The notes under the pieces were generated by a model. The model was given only the letters and a program-made list of their open reading frames with translations, was not told where the DNA came from and did no database searches. The position numbers and the translations under genes were made by a program. 64,000 nt of DNA from Amoebophrya sp. A120. Its lineage: Eukaryota > Protista > Dinoflagellata. Of the stretch, positions 39,101-54,100 are shown one piece after another (positions within the stretch are counted from its first letter, which is position 1; every line of letters begins with the position of its first letter). The stretch spans positions 4,940,256 to 5,004,255 of the forward strand of contig CAJINV010000005.1 in assembly GCA_905178155.1 (NCBI GenBank), given 5' to 3'.

Positions 39101-42100
39101 TAGTGGTGCAATCGACAGCAGCAGTAGTAACGCTGGTACGAAGCTCGAGTTGCAGGAGGTCGCTCTGCCGAATGCGCAAACCAACGCCGGTGAAGCGACT
39201 TTCATCGAGGCCCCGGAGATGAAGTTCCAATCGGCGAACTCTGGCGTGCTGGCGATCGGCGCGGTGCAAACTCTCGTCCAGTTATCCGGTTCTTACGCTA
39301 TGAAGGAAGTGATGGTAGCTGAGTCCGACACAACTGATTACAGCAACACGGATTTGAAAGTGCTGCAAATTATCGGTGCCACGATTCCGGTCGGGTATGT
39401 TTCGAACTCGACGTTTGTCATCAAGCCCTACTTCCCGCGTCGGAGTATTGAGACGAAAATCGCTTCTGGTTTATTCTTCTCGAAGTTCCAGGAGAGACTG
39501 GAGGCTTTAGGGATGACCTTCGAGGTACTAAATTCCGCTGGGAACAAGATGGAGATCGTCAACAGCAACTTCTTGAATTCCGATACCGCTGTGTCCCTCC
39601 GGAAGCCGAGCGGCGTGAAATTAGATCACGGCGACACGCGGCTGCGGATTGCGTATTTGCAGCTGATCGGGCAGGGGTTGTTGACGGTGGAACAATCCGG
39701 TATCGTGGATTCGACCGCTTTTTTGACGCAACAAGCGGTGACGAAAACGACATTACGGAACAAGAGCGTCCGCCCGTTATTAGTGTCCGCTTTTGACCAG
39801 CTGAAAGACCAAGCAGTTTCCTTCTGGACTACCAGCACCGCGAACAGCAAAACCTCGACCGCGTATTGGGAGCAGATCCAGAACAAGTACAAGGCGAAAT
39901 CCGCGTATGTCCGGCGGTCCTGGCCACTGACGAAGGACGATGGAACAACTCATCAGGGCTTTGAATACGACATTCTGGTGGAACTCCAAGACGTGACCAT
40001 GAAGGAGATCGCGGTGTTGAAGTCCAGTTTGCAGCAACTTGGTGTGAAGCAGAAGTTCAAAGAGTTGATCACAACCACCTTCGCCGCAGCGACCACCCCA
40101 TCAGCCATGACGATCACGTTTGAACAAGATACCAACTCTGTCCTCCAAGTGAAGCAGAAATCCCACACGGAGTTCACAATCCAACTCGCGATCGGCCCGA
40201 AATCGAAATTCGCCTGCCCGGCGTTGACGTCCGCGAAGGGTATGATCGATAAAAACGCCTGGAAGGGGTTTGATCAGTTGAAAGTGTACTACGATGTGGA
40301 TAAAGATGAGGTGGTGCAAACACCACAGTTCAACGCCGCACAGGATTTACCTGCTGGGTGTACCCTGCAGGAAATCATCGATACTTGCGGCAAGTACAAG
40401 AAGGGGAAGATCTATGGAAGGAAAAAAAGTTTGTCACAGTCACTACTTGCAGCATTAGCAGGTTTTGCATGAGAAATTTCATTTCTGGCGTCCTCACAGC
40501 TTTTTCCTGTATTGCAGAAACGCCAAGTTGTAGAAAGAAATCTTACACAAAGCGTGTCTGTCATGCATTTTGATGCATGACAGGCGTTTTTGTATTGCAG
40601 AAGTGCCCATGATGAGGGATCGCGGCGAACTTTTTTTGTTGCATAAGATCCATGAGCGGTGGCCGGAGTGGGGCAACAACCCACCGGAATACGACAACGG
40701 CGAGGGTTTAGCAAAAACCGCTTTCTTATGCATTGCAAAAATGTCTGGGTCTGGAAGGTTGCAACTTGTAATGCTAATTCTGGATCGTGCATAAATCTGT
40801 GTTGCATGAATGCCAAAAGCTGTCCACTTTTGACCAAGTTGAGAGGAAGTTTCTCATGCAGGAAAGGCATGGCAGGGACCTCGTAGAGTCTGTCATACTA
40901 AGTCCCGCACTCCAGACCTCATGGGTCATGGAAAATCTGCATGACAAGTTTACAACTTTCCAGACCCAGACATTTTTGCAATCCATATTTCTGGGGCTTC
41001 GCGGAAAAAGGGACCATCAAAACTCTCGAGTGGGAGGGCCAGAACACTGGCGAGGGGAAGGTCCGTATACTTTTCGGCAACTGCGCGCCACCGATGTGCA
41101 ACCGGGGGAACAACGGGATCGACTCCAGGAATTGGTCCTCGGCTTCCCTTATGGATTGCAAAAATGTCTGGGTCTGGAAAGTTGGAACTTGTGATGCTAA
41201 CTTTGGACTCTAAAAAAATCTGTATTGCATGATCAGCAAGAGAAGTCTGGTTTGTGCTACGCGGGGAGGGCATTTGTCATGCGGAATAGGCATCAGGAAG
41301 CCCTCTAAAAATCTGTGACGCTAGGCCATGCATTACAGACATCCTGGGTCATGCAAAATATGCATGACAAACCCGGCAACATTCCAGACCCAGACACTTT
41401 CGCAATCCATATCCCTCTCGCCGCATCGGGGTGGAACCAAGGGGTGGACCAGCTACCAGCACGTGGCAGGTGGCCAGCTCACCTGGGGCCCGAGTAACAG
41501 CGTCGCCAACCTATCAAATGCAAATACGTTTGGGTCTGGGAGATTGCGAGATTTGTCATGCTAGTCTGGCATGACTCTAAACTCTGTATTGTGTGGCCGC
41601 AAAGAGTTCCTCTTGCTTGTCATACAAAAACGCAGTTTCTCATGCGGAATACGCAACTCAGAACCATGGTAAAACTTGTCATGCTTGGCAGCGCATTACA
41701 GTGCGCTCCCTATTCCCTTCCTTGCATCACAAATTTCCAGACCCAGACATATTTGCAATCCATACAACCCGCGGATTTACGACTTTCCGCACCACCGGTT
41801 TTCGAAGGAGCACGAGTACGGAAACCTCCGGCTGCAATTAAGGTCGAACCGGGAAGCCACGCAGCGAGATTCGCAAATCGCGGTTTTGATCATCTACCAC
41901 TTCGAGTACGATACCAGGGACCAGACTTATGGGGGCTGCAAGGGCTCGCCCGGCTGGTCGGATGTGGACAGTCAGAAAACGGCGCTGATGAGCATGATGA
42001 AGAAATCTACGGTTGACGGGTTGGAATCGATGTTTGGTGGGAACGTACCGCAGTTATCCGACACCTACGCGAACGACGTGGAAATTGGAGCGGGGCATTC

Positions 42101-45100
42101 GGAAGATTTGAAATTCGACTTGATGCTATCGGAGTTGCCGTCGATCGGGTTGTTAACCTCCGCGCAGTCCTCTGCCTACCCGTATCCTGAGTAAAAACGT
42201 CCCCACACCAGAGTTGTAATGCAGATTTGCAAAGACACGAAGACTTGTAATGCGCATCCCCATGAGAGCCATTTCCAATCGTGTTTTGGAATTTGTATGT
42301 AATGCTGTGAACAGGATGAGCAGATGAATCTGTGACGCGGCTGCACTTGCTAACCTGCACTACACTGCAGAGTGCAACTTGTCACGCGTGACTCACAAAC
42401 CTCCTAGGTTTGTGTTGCAAAATCTCCATCCTGACTCTGGTGTGGGTACGTTTTTGCTCAGGATAACCCGTATGAGTTGATCACTCTGTCTTTCGCCATG
42501 CCGGTGGTGGACGATCAGATTCAGGGAGTGTTTGAACCCGAGCAGTATGGGGGGAGTAATGTCGACACCAGTCTGCGGACGAAGTTCATCCAGACCATCA
42601 ACAGCAAAACCATGGCATATAAAGACGCGACAGACCCCTGGAAGGGGAATCTGGACTACTTGAAACTCGCACCGAACAGCTTTGATGGATTGACTGCGAC
42701 GGAGTTCCGCTTCTTTGAGAGTGAACTGAAGATCGATGCTTTACCCGCAGATAAATCCGCCTACGTGTACTTAGAGAAGGACAACGGGATGGAAAACGCG
42801 ATTGTGAATACTTTGTACCCACTGTCTACTAGCACAACCCCAGCCGAAACGACCTTCACCTACGACATCGGCGCCTCGGACATCGGTGTCTGCCCGGTTG
42901 TGGATGTCGAAACCGCGGCGAGTACAGCGGGTGGAAGTACAACCTCTGTCAGCAACATTCCCTTGATCCTCTCCCTCGCAAACATGCGGGACAGCTACCA
43001 GAACGGGGTGCAGGTACCGGAGCGGAAGGAGTTGCAACTGGTTATCAAAGTGAAAAATCCCCCCTCTCCATATCAAAGCCGAAATCTGTGATGCGGGATT
43101 TGTGTACACAAATCCAATCTGTCTAGCAGTAGAGGACTGCAGGCAGATGCAGCGCCTGAGTAGGGGCGTTTTGCTGTAGACACCTAGCAAGGCAGGCATA
43201 TCCTCTGTAGGTGATACAGCATTACAAAGTGCCGGCGAAACGCGGCTGATTCTCTGGGTTTGCCCTCTTGCAATACAGGGACGATTTGTGGTCACAAATC
43301 AGCATCACAGATTTTCAATAATGCCCCTTTTTGGTATGGGGAGGGGGGATTTTTCCTCACAATACTGGTGAAAGCCTTCACGGAGCAGCTGACGAGTGTT
43401 CGGAAAGCAAGGTTATCAAATGTAAAAATGTCTGGGTCTGCTGGAACGATGCAAGGTTTGTCATGCACATTTTGCATGAGTCCTGATGTCTGTGATGCAT
43501 GCCCTAGCGTCACAGATTATGCGAGGGCTTTCTGATGCCTATAGCGCATTAGAAATGCCCTCTCGCAATGGCAAAAACTGGACCTCTTTTGCTGCTCATG
43601 CAATACAAATTTTTTTAGAATCCAAAAACAGCATCACAAGTTGCAATCTTCCAGACCCAGACATTTTTACAATCCATAAAGGTTTGAGAAGCAACTGAAA
43701 ACGTTCGAGCGGGATGGCAGTGGGGTAACTGGGTTCGATATGCAAGAAAAAAACTGTGTAAGTGTAAATCTGTGATGCAGAAAATGCAAAACAGTTACAC
43801 TTGTCATGCTGGATGTGCATCAGAGGCTATCTTCATACGTGTTTTCGCGTACTAGCTACGCATGACAGGTTTTCTCTGTCATGCAAAGCAAATCTGTGAT
43901 GCTGTTCCTGCAAAAAAGTTACACTTACACACTTTTTTTCTTGGATATTCGAAGTCTCGTCCGCTGGGGAGCTAGCTGTGCAAAACACGAACAAGAACGG
44001 GAAGGTGTTTGATAAACAAAAAAGTTCGGCGACGTTTTTCCAGTTCACGGTTTCTTTGGCTGCTTCGGATTCGGCGAGTGTTGTCCCGGCTGACTTCTTC
44101 GCGCACGAGATTGGCACCACAATTGCCTCCTGGAACTACGTTTCTGTTGGCTTTTCCAATAGCGCAGTTGCAGACAAGGAAAAAGCTTCCCCGGAAATCT
44201 TCTTCAACGACGTAAAAACCGCTTTCACGATCATGATTTGCGGAGAACTCCGGAAGATCTCGGCATATGCATTGCAAAAGCAATATCGTGCTAGTAGTAA
44301 TTGCAATACAAATCTGCTCAGCATGACAAATTTGTAATGCTGTTTTAGGAGTTAGGAAGGCGATTTGTGATGCATATCTGCAATCACAGTACAAGCATCG
44401 GATACAACTTTTGCAATGCATACGGGGAAGTACCTCCTCGACACTGAGTTTTCCGCGACGAACTGCGCGGTGAAGAACCTCTTCGGAATTACGGTGACCT
44501 ACGGGAACAAAAAGGACAAATTGCTAATCCAATTCTACACGTTGGATTCGGAAACCGAGCCGAACAGTCTGGCGAGAGACGTTCTGTCGATTATTTCCGG
44601 GTCGAAGGCGAGCCATTTGGGTTCTAGTGTCACTGGGATTGTGCTGAAAACCGCAAATGCAGATGCAACAGTAACTCCAGACACAACAGCGGAGATCTCC
44701 GCGGACAGCAAGATCGACTTAGTCCCTACCTGGTGGGAGAACAACACAGCGTTGCAAGCTGCGACTGCAATGAAACTCACCATTGATACCAACTCTCCCA
44801 GCGCGGTGACGAGATTCCAGGCCTCCGCGGCGTTTGATTTGAAGACAGGGGCAGTTACAACCGCTTTGGATTTGGACGAATTCGATTTGAAAACGTTCAT
44901 CAAATCCGCGTTGCAACTCACCTTCCAGTCCTGCTGCTCCTACTCCCTTCATTTAAACCAGATCGCAGTGAGTTTCGCGAACGAGAAGAAGGAGAAGCTC
45001 GAAGATTCCACCGCTGCGGCGGGGGAAACGCACTCCATCTCCATCTCCTTCTCCTTCGCTATCCCCATCCCTGGTGCGGGGAACAAAATTGAACCAAACA

Positions 45101-48100
45101 CCAAAAACCCAGCCGTGAAGGGAGACTCGATTCTGTTCTACGCCCAGAAAAGCGGCGGGCGATTGATCCCGGTTTTGAGACGCAGTTTAGAGGTGGTTTC
45201 CGCGAGGATCAAGCCTAGTTTAACGTCTCCGGATGACTTCAAGATCACGAATGTTTTAGCCACGACGGATAAAACCTCCCTTCGGCAATACGTCCAGGCG
45301 AATTTTGAATTCGGTTTGGCAGGGGAAGAGCAGTCAATGGGCTCTTGGTTCCAAGATACCGTGGCGAAGGAGCTCGTGACTGCTGCGACGGGGGTTACCA
45401 CGACGAAGGATGCCGCGCGGTTGGGTAATGCGGTCGAGGGAACATTGGCGTACGCGGTGCCGAAGAGAGGAGGGGATAATTCTGCTGCTAGTTCCTGTGA
45501 GTTCGATTTACAAACAATCACGTCTTTAACCGACATCACTGACACCGCCGGCTTCACGCTTGACCCTATCCCGACCTTCGCTGATTCCGCGAAGACGAAG
45601 CAGATGGAAGAAACTAGAAGCGCGAACAAAGACACGTGTACCGCTTCTGGAACTACTTTCCCGCTCGCAACGTGGCCAGATGCAACCACTGACTCCGCTA
45701 CGATCCTCGGCGAGGGGATTTCGAAACAAATGCCGTTAGATAAGTACGGGGTTTTGACGATTGAATTTGGGAACTGCGATAACGTTTTCACAAATAATGA
45801 AAAACTCATCGCGGATTCCGATTTCGATAACTCCGGGACCAAAGCGGAAGTCGATAATTTAGACAAAGTCGGGCAAACGGTAATTGAAGTCGACGGGAAA
45901 ATCCTGGATTACGCGAACCCGGGTATCAAATGTAAAAATGTCTGGGTCTGGAAGAATGCAACTTGTCATGCTAAATCTGAGTCATGTAAAAATCTGTGTT
46001 GCATGATTACCAAAAGTCGTCCAGTTTTGACCAAGTCGGGAGGGAGTTTCTCATGCAGGATAGGCATGAGAGAGATCGCACAGAATCTGTCATGCTAGGT
46101 CCTGCATTCCAGACCTCATGGGTCATGGAAAATCCGCATGACAAATCGCGCATTCTTCCAGACCCAGACACTTTTGCATTTGATACCGGGAGAAACAAAG
46201 CAAGTGAAAATTCCCTTTCACCCGGGCGCGAAAATTAAGCTCTACAACGAACCTGGGCGGGATCGGGATTCTGGGGTTATCACGATCAAATCGATTAAGC
46301 AAGAATGTTCCACCGCGACGACTTTTGGAACTACGTGTTCCGGGAAATGCGGTTCTGAGTGGCAATGCGAAAGGGTGAATACAGACACGACGTTGTTCGG
46401 GTTACCAGCGTTGTCTGTCCAGTATTTAGATCTGCACAAAGATTCTTCTACTGCTAAATACCCATCGCAAAAATACCTCGCGGACCGCGTACCGAATAGC
46501 AACTATCCAACGATCCCGGAATACGGGGATTACCAGTGGACTGGGGATGCAGACTCGGTATCTGGGAAGTACCAGTTGTTGTTAGCCCACGTTCTGCAGA
46601 AGCACACGACTTACTACAGTTCGAACGAGTTGACGAATATCGATCCGGTAGACTACAACAACGTCAACTACGGGTATTCCGGTCTTTGCTGCCCGCGTCA
46701 CACGGAGTTCTGCATGCCGGCGGGCTCCTGGCACGTGATTGTGCCGAAAAAGTGGCGGGATCCGGTCGGGAACACCGACATGCGCAAAATCGCGAAGATT
46801 TGCGACAGCATTGAGTTGTGTGTTGCGATGCAGGTGAAACACGATGGTGAGGATTTACAGGTGGAACTGTTTTTCGACCGGGACTACAGCTCAACTAGAG
46901 GGTGGCCGAACAGCTACCAAGGCGATCTAACCGGGGGGTTAGACGCGGCTAGTTTTACGCAAAACCTCAAACGGTTCCCGGGTGTATCCAAGTACATCTG
47001 GAAGCAGTCCGAAGCCTGGGACCACAACTACGGCGTGTCGCAATCCACGAAGAAAGAGCAGTCCCACAGTTGTTTCCGGAAAAAATTGACGAACAAATTC
47101 CCCTCCGCGGATACCTACCGTGCGGTAAACACGTTCAAATCCCCCAATATCGTTCTCTGGCCGGACGATGTCGCGTACGACGCGTTCGGCAGCGTTCCGA
47201 ACACTGGTAATCCGAACCGGCGGGGGAATAAGGTTTCTGTCCCCTCTAAAAAGCAGTCGGATGCGAATGGAGATTTCTACTACGAAATTTTCTACAAGGT
47301 TCGGGCGTCGGATTCTGCAATTATCCACGGGGCGTGCGGGAAGATGGATGGCTCGACGAAGAAGCACATCACGATGCACTACCGGGACGTGGAGCCGGAA
47401 TTTATCCACTACTGCTTTGAGGAATGCGACAAGCACGACAACTGTGTCGGCGTTTCGATCATGCAGGGCCGGGAACACAAACTCCCAGGAATGAAGCACC
47501 CGAACATTAGCAGAAACATGCGAAGCCGGTGTATGATTCACTTCCACACGACCTGCCCAAGTGCGTCCGCGGAGTGGACGGACGCGTGCAGTAAAACAAC
47601 AGATGACTTCGGGATTTCCTCCGCGCCGTATTTGCTCCCTTCGTCCGCCACCAACGCGATCGACGAAACCTTCAGCATGAACGGCGGCGGCTGCTTCGTC
47701 CGGAAACAGAAGGTTGATTGGAAGAAACAGCAGTTCTGGCAGGGGAACTTGCTCACCGGCGAACTGTGCGCCACTGGTAGCTGGATCGAAATCCCTGCAA
47801 CTGTCTTCACCAACGCGGGGTTAGCAAATCACGCTGAGAAAAAATCCGCCTGCAAATCCCTCTGCTACGGGGTTTATCTTCGGAAGGACCAGGGGTGTAG
47901 CAGTATGGCGTATGAAGAGCAAAATAGTAAATGCTTTCTCCTGTTGAACAAGAAGGACACGTATCAAGCAACCGCTTTTCTCCCGGTGGATTCGGATTTG
48001 GATTCCGCGAAATTCAATTTGAAAGTCGCGGGCGGGGAATTGAAACTCCCCGAAACAAAATTAGCAGAACCATTCGAATCCTTCTCCTCCGTCATCCCAG

Positions 48101-51100
48101 GAACTGACCCCAACGCGATTGTCTGCCTAGCTTGCAACGGGGAAAAGACGTACACAACCATCGCTGACGTTGAGAAGGATAAGTGGACGGTCGTCGCGAA
48201 CCGGAAATTCACCGAGAACGCGCAAACACAACATGGCGAAAAAGTTCTCTGGGACAAGCGGAGTGCGAATAAGGAAACGTGTGCGAATACCGGGGGTTTG
48301 GTTTTCGCAGAGTGGTTGGATGCTAGCAAACCCGACGAAGCAACGATCACCGCGATGCATTTGGAGAAACAGTTCGACGAATGGGCGAAGATTTCCATCA
48401 CGATCGGCAACTGCGACACGGTTTATACCGGAATCCGGACGAATAGCTACACTGAGAGCCCCGACGCTATTGAAGGAGGGTACCGGGTGATGGACCGAAT
48501 CGGCTACACAACGGTGGAGTTTAACAACAAAATCGTTGGATATGCCGGCCCGGGGGAACAGAAGACAATCGAAATCATGGTCCACCCGGGGGCGAAGGTG
48601 AAGATCGTGAACGAAGCCGGGCGGATCAGGGACAGCGGTGTTATCGTTCTGTACAAGATCAAATCCGAGTGCGTGAATCTGGTTTCGGAAGAAACTAATC
48701 ACTGTCAATCGAAAAATCGGTGCACCGACGAGCAATACCGCGCCGGAACCGGCTGGGACTGCGAGCGTTTACATCTCGCGAAATCGAAGAAATCGGAGAC
48801 AGCTTACCCGTTGAACGACGGAATCAAGTACCGACTCTTCGATCGCGATCCGCTCACCGGGGGCCAGGGGTCCTACGCGAAGATCATTAACGAGAATCAC
48901 CAGGCTGGGTTTGGTTCGAAAGCTGGGTGGACGGTGATCAAAGATTCGCTGGTGGGTATGTACAAGTGGGATGAAGAGGGTATGTCCGGGTATGACGAGC
49001 TGCAGGCGAACGGCGACACCGGGCACATCCAGACCAAGTGGAATGATAACGGCGGTTTGATCACCGGGGGACAGAATTTCCCGGGCAGGTGCTGTCCCCA
49101 GCACGCGGCGTTCTGCCGAAATGTGGGTTACTGGCTGATGGAGTTCCCGACGCAAGTTCGCGACCCGAAGGGGAACGAGGATTTGGCGAAGGTTACGAAG
49201 TACTGCGATCAGATCACGACTTGCGCGGGGTTTGAGACCGACATGACAAACAGTGCGATTTTCAAAGTCCGGCTCTTCTTCGAGTACGATTACCGCACGG
49301 AGAACGGGTGGCCATTGGAGATTATGCATTGCAAAAACCTTGCACCATCATAGGACTGCATGACAAATTTTTGTAGAACTAGAAGGAAAAACCTGTCATG
49401 CTGAACACGTCATGAGATGCCAAGCCTGTCATGCGTCAAATCCGATGAGGTGTAACAAGGTAAACTTTTGCGATGGATAATTATGGGGAAGAACTTCAAG
49501 CAGGACATGGTCGATTTGAACTTATCAACAGATAAAGACATCCAGAAGAAGTTCCCCGGTGTGGCGAAATTTGTCTACCAGAAGCAGGGCGCCGGTGGGG
49601 AATACTTCCCGTCGAACGACGAACTCGGCCGCAATTACGACACCGCGCACGCGAAAGTTTCCCGGGCGAGTTATGCTGAGTAAAAACGTCCCCACCCCAG
49701 ACTTGTCATGCAAATCTGCATGCCAAAAAAGTTTCTCATGCGGAGCCCCATGAGAAGCATTTTCTAGTCGTGTTTTGGAGTTTGTAATGCTAGAATCAGC
49801 ATGATATGCTAGATCTGTGATGCTGCTGAACTAGCGAAACAGGGCCACATTATGAGGGCAAACTTGTCATGCGAAACAGTGAAAGCTGGTTGATTTGTCT
49901 AGCAGATTTCCCATCTTGACTCTGGTGTGGGGATGTTTTTAGTCAGGATACGAGTTACTGGGAGGGACAAGGCGGGCTGGCTCAGGGCCGGGACCCTTAT
50001 AACGATCCTACTCTCACCTCTCCTGGGTTTGGCATCGGGCAAGTGATGCCGCCGTTTCCGGAGAACAGCTTGAATCCCAATAACAAGTGGCATTGCTTCA
50101 AGAAGCGGACGCATTCCCCATTCCGCTCCGAAGATTACTACCAAACCACTTGGAAGGAGCCGAATAACGAGTTCTGGCCCGACGACGGCTGGGGTGGTTC
50201 CTACACCGGCGAGCCGGCGAAACGACCCAACGATCTCGGGCTGCACAAGTACAAGGAGATTTACACCATTCCGTCGAATCTTTGGAATCGCCACGGGCCG
50301 TATGGCGACGGCGGAACCGCTTCGAACGGGGGAATTGGGGATAAAGCTTACTACGAGGTCCGGCCGCATCCAAACCAGGAAAAAAGCGCATCCCACGGGT
50401 TTTGCACGTTGAGCGGTGATCCGATTACAACGTATAAGATGCACACAAGGACAGTCCCCCATGAATTACTCCACAAGTGTTTCGAAACCTGCGACCACTT
50501 AGCGCCGTATTGTATCGGAGTTTCAGTCAACCGCGGGCGGTACTGGTGGCACGCAGCAAGATATCCCACGAAAAAAATGTTTCACTGTGATGATTTTGCA
50601 AGAACCGCATGATAATTTTGCTACACATGACACAGAAAATTTGCCATGCGCGTTTCCCAAGGGAAAACACGCTTGAAAATCCAATGTCTTGCAGTTATAG
50701 CAAGACAAATAGTTTTGTGCTCCATTTTCTGCATCACAGAGAAGCAGTTTTTTCGTGCGATACAAGAGGGGTGGAAGGGAACAGGTACGGGAACGAGATG
50801 GATCATGAAACGCAGGTCCGGACCGGCGACATGATCCCGTTCTTCGACGTGAAATGCCACTTAATGTTCACCGATGCGTTCCCGACCACGAGTGCCGGTT
50901 TCACCGGGGATGGTATCGCTGGGTCACCAACTGAAAAATCTGTCGGCCTAGGGGGGCAGAAGACCTGGCCGGGGTTTTACGACGAAAAGTGGGTGGAAAA
51001 TGGCGGCCCGATATGCAAGAAAAAAGCTGTGTTAGTAACTTTTTTGGGTGACTAGCATTACAAATCTGTCTAGCACGACAGGGAGAACTTGTCATGCGCA

Positions 51101-54100
51101 AATAATACGCCAGATAATCGCTTGAATGAGCCCTACCATGCATGACTAGCATGACAGACATGACCCATTTCCTTGTCTCGCATCACAGATAAACGCTAAC
51201 ACACTTTTTTCCTCGCGATACCCGGCTTCGAACGGCTACCAATACGACTATTGGTGGGAAAAGCGGCAACCCGCGCTGGGGAAGTCCTATTCCCCGAACA
51301 CGAGGACTCTAGACATGGAAAGGTACTACCACCAGCAGTACTACGAGACGATGAAGCCCTATGGGCCGACCGTGTGCTTCGCGCGCTGCGACGCCCCCGG
51401 CGTGGGGAGCGAGTGCGCGGTGAAGTACGATCGGAAGAAGTGGTGGGATGGGACTCTCTGGTCCGAGCCGGCGAAGAGGCCGTGGCAAGCGTCCACAACC
51501 TACACCTACGAGTGGGACATGGGCGAGAAGGACACGGACTGCATGTCGCACGAGTGGGTTTCGATCCCCAACTCCATGATTCCCAGTTCCAACAACGGCA
51601 TTGCCTTCGATGATACAATCAATGATGGAAAGCCAACAATGACTCGAGATTTCTGCCAAGATCTCTGCTACGGGTCCTTCAAATACGCCGACGTCACTGG
51701 GAAGAAGCAGTCGCGCTGCCGTGCCATCGCGTTTGACGAAACAAGCAACAAATGCCGGCTGATGATGCAGAAGCAGGGGGGTTCCAACCCCTTAGCTCCC
51801 GCAAATGCGATCGCGACGCAGTTTGAACTACTCTGGCCGAAGAACTTCGGAAAAGTGGATCTCGTCACGAACGCGTTTATTTGTGACGCGGTGGCGAACC
51901 CTTCCACCTGCTACAACGCGGTAGCGGCCAGGGGTGTGATCAAGGATTCCATGCAGCTAGGTTCAAGCTCCGCGAACGTCGAAGCAGTCGCGTTTCCGCC
52001 GGCTGTGATGCAAATCGGGTCCAAATCTTCCCCCGCAACTAGTCGGTCCAACGTGCGAATTGGTGCGTCGAAATCGGTGGAAAAAAGAAACCAGGACAGC
52101 TACATTGAAGCAAGGTTTGTTCTCAACCCTGGTGGTACCGGGACTTTGGAACCCGCAATGGAGCAAGAGCTGATCGAGAAGATGAAAATTTCCGCGTATC
52201 TGACTGTCGTGAAGCAGAAGTTCCTCTTCCCGATGAACTTAGTCGACACGGAATACCATTTCGATGCAACAAACTTTCAGTCCGCGGTGGATTCCGGAAT
52301 TCTCTCCCTGAACCGGATCTCCGTGGTTTTAGGCGAGTCTTCCGCCACCGCTGCGTACCCGGAAAGGACTTTCGTGATTACCTATCACTTCCAAACGGCG
52401 GACTCTGGGATTGTGGGGGAGGTCCTGCGGTTTGTGAACCGGGATAGTTATTTGAAGACACTTACAGACGAGTTGAAGGAGCAGTGTAAATCAAATACCG
52501 CGCTAGCTTCGACTTTGATCCCGGTGCGGCCGCCGGGGGTCACGGTTCCGGACACGATCACGAAGCGGAAGGACAATTTGATTACCGCGAATTTGCTTTC
52601 CTTCAGTGAGCAGTCGGGAATGAAGATGTTTTTGCAAGTGACGATCGAAAATGCGGCTGATTCCAAGCAGAAGGTGGAGAGAATTCTCCGCCGGAAGTTG
52701 GTCGGCTCTAAAGACAACAACTGGATCGCGCGGTCTATCGCGACTGGGTTGAACTCCAGACTCGGGTTGGGCTTGACCAGCAACCACGTGGCGGTTCGAA
52801 TCAAGGAAATCACGCTATCCGCAGCGAAAACCGGCACAGCACTCGATGGAATATCAACTGTAAAAATGTCTGGGTCTGGAACATTCTGACACTTGTCATG
52901 CACGTTTTGCATGTGCCCTGATGTCTGTGATGCGTGCCCTAGCATCACAGATTTTTTGAGAGCTTCTTGTTGCCTATTCCGCATGACAAATGCCCTCGCC
53001 ACGTAGCAAAAATTACATTTCTTTTGGTACTCATGCAATACAGATTTTTCTGGAATCCAAATGCAGCATCACAAGTTGCATTCTTCCAGACCCAGACATT
53101 TTTACATTTGATACGGAACGACCACAGTCGACTGCATGGATGCGGAGATTTTCTTCTCCTTCTCCATCCCATCCGCCGCACCGAGTCTGCAACTCTGGTT
53201 CAGCCGAGACGGGGCAGCCAAGCAGTCCGCGGTATTGGATGCGATTGATGCGAGCGTCGCAACGCTGTCGACTTACAAGACGACGAAGAAGTCGGAAATT
53301 ACCGGTTCTGTGAAGCAAACCCGGTTTTTAGAAACCGTGGTCGACGCGGATTTATCCTTAAACTACAAGGACGTCAACGCGTTTGACAACGCTGGGGTGT
53401 TTGAGAAGTTGATTTCTGTTGCTGCGGATTATCGAATGCAAATGAGTCTGGGTCTGGAAGATTGCGAGACTTGTCATGCTGATCTGGCATGACCCTTAAC
53501 TCTGTATTGCGTAGCCACGAACAGCCTCTCGCTCCTGTCATGCAAAAACGCGGTTTCTCATGTGGAATACGCAGCACAGAAGCGCGGAAAAACTTGTCAT
53601 GCTTGGCGGCGCATTACAGTGCATTTGTTATTGACGGACTTGCATCACAAGTTTCCAGACCCAGATATATTTGCAGTGCATACGGAGGTGGCGTTCGCAA
53701 ACCGGAATTCCGGCAGCTTCAGGTTGGATTCTAGTACCTCTGCTTCTGCCGAGGTAAAGCAGATTTCCGATTTGTTGACCTCCCTCGACATGGAACTGCC
53801 GATAGCGAGCGAGTTGATAGTTGGGTTTGACGCGCGGGAGCATTCGCCTGTCACGGATGACATGCTCTGTTCGTTCGACGCCACAACACCGGTGAGTCGG
53901 AAGCGCAAGGTGGTTTTGACCCTTCCCTTCACCTGGGAAGAGCATTCCACGGTCTCCGGGCAGCAGGAGTCGTTTGTGAAAACGTTCGAGTCGTTCGTTG
54001 GATTGTTCTATGAGGAAGAAGGCGGGACTGCGACCATAATGGCAAACCACTTGAAAGCGGCGTTGAACATGCTTTTAGATGGTGAAAAGGTCATGACGGT

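Larger units (their letters stand above)
45610..51900 (+). repeat. Tandem duplication of a large Cys/Trp-rich unit (about 45610-48140 and 48255-51900) including PAN/apple-like modules
   Basis: Collinear motif pairs: SANKDTC/SANKETC, GNCD, HPGAK, RDSGVI, CCPRH/CCPQH, RDPVGN/RDPKGN, GWP, FPGV, CFEECD/CFETCD, CKSLCYG/CQDLCYG. Confidence 0.78.
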
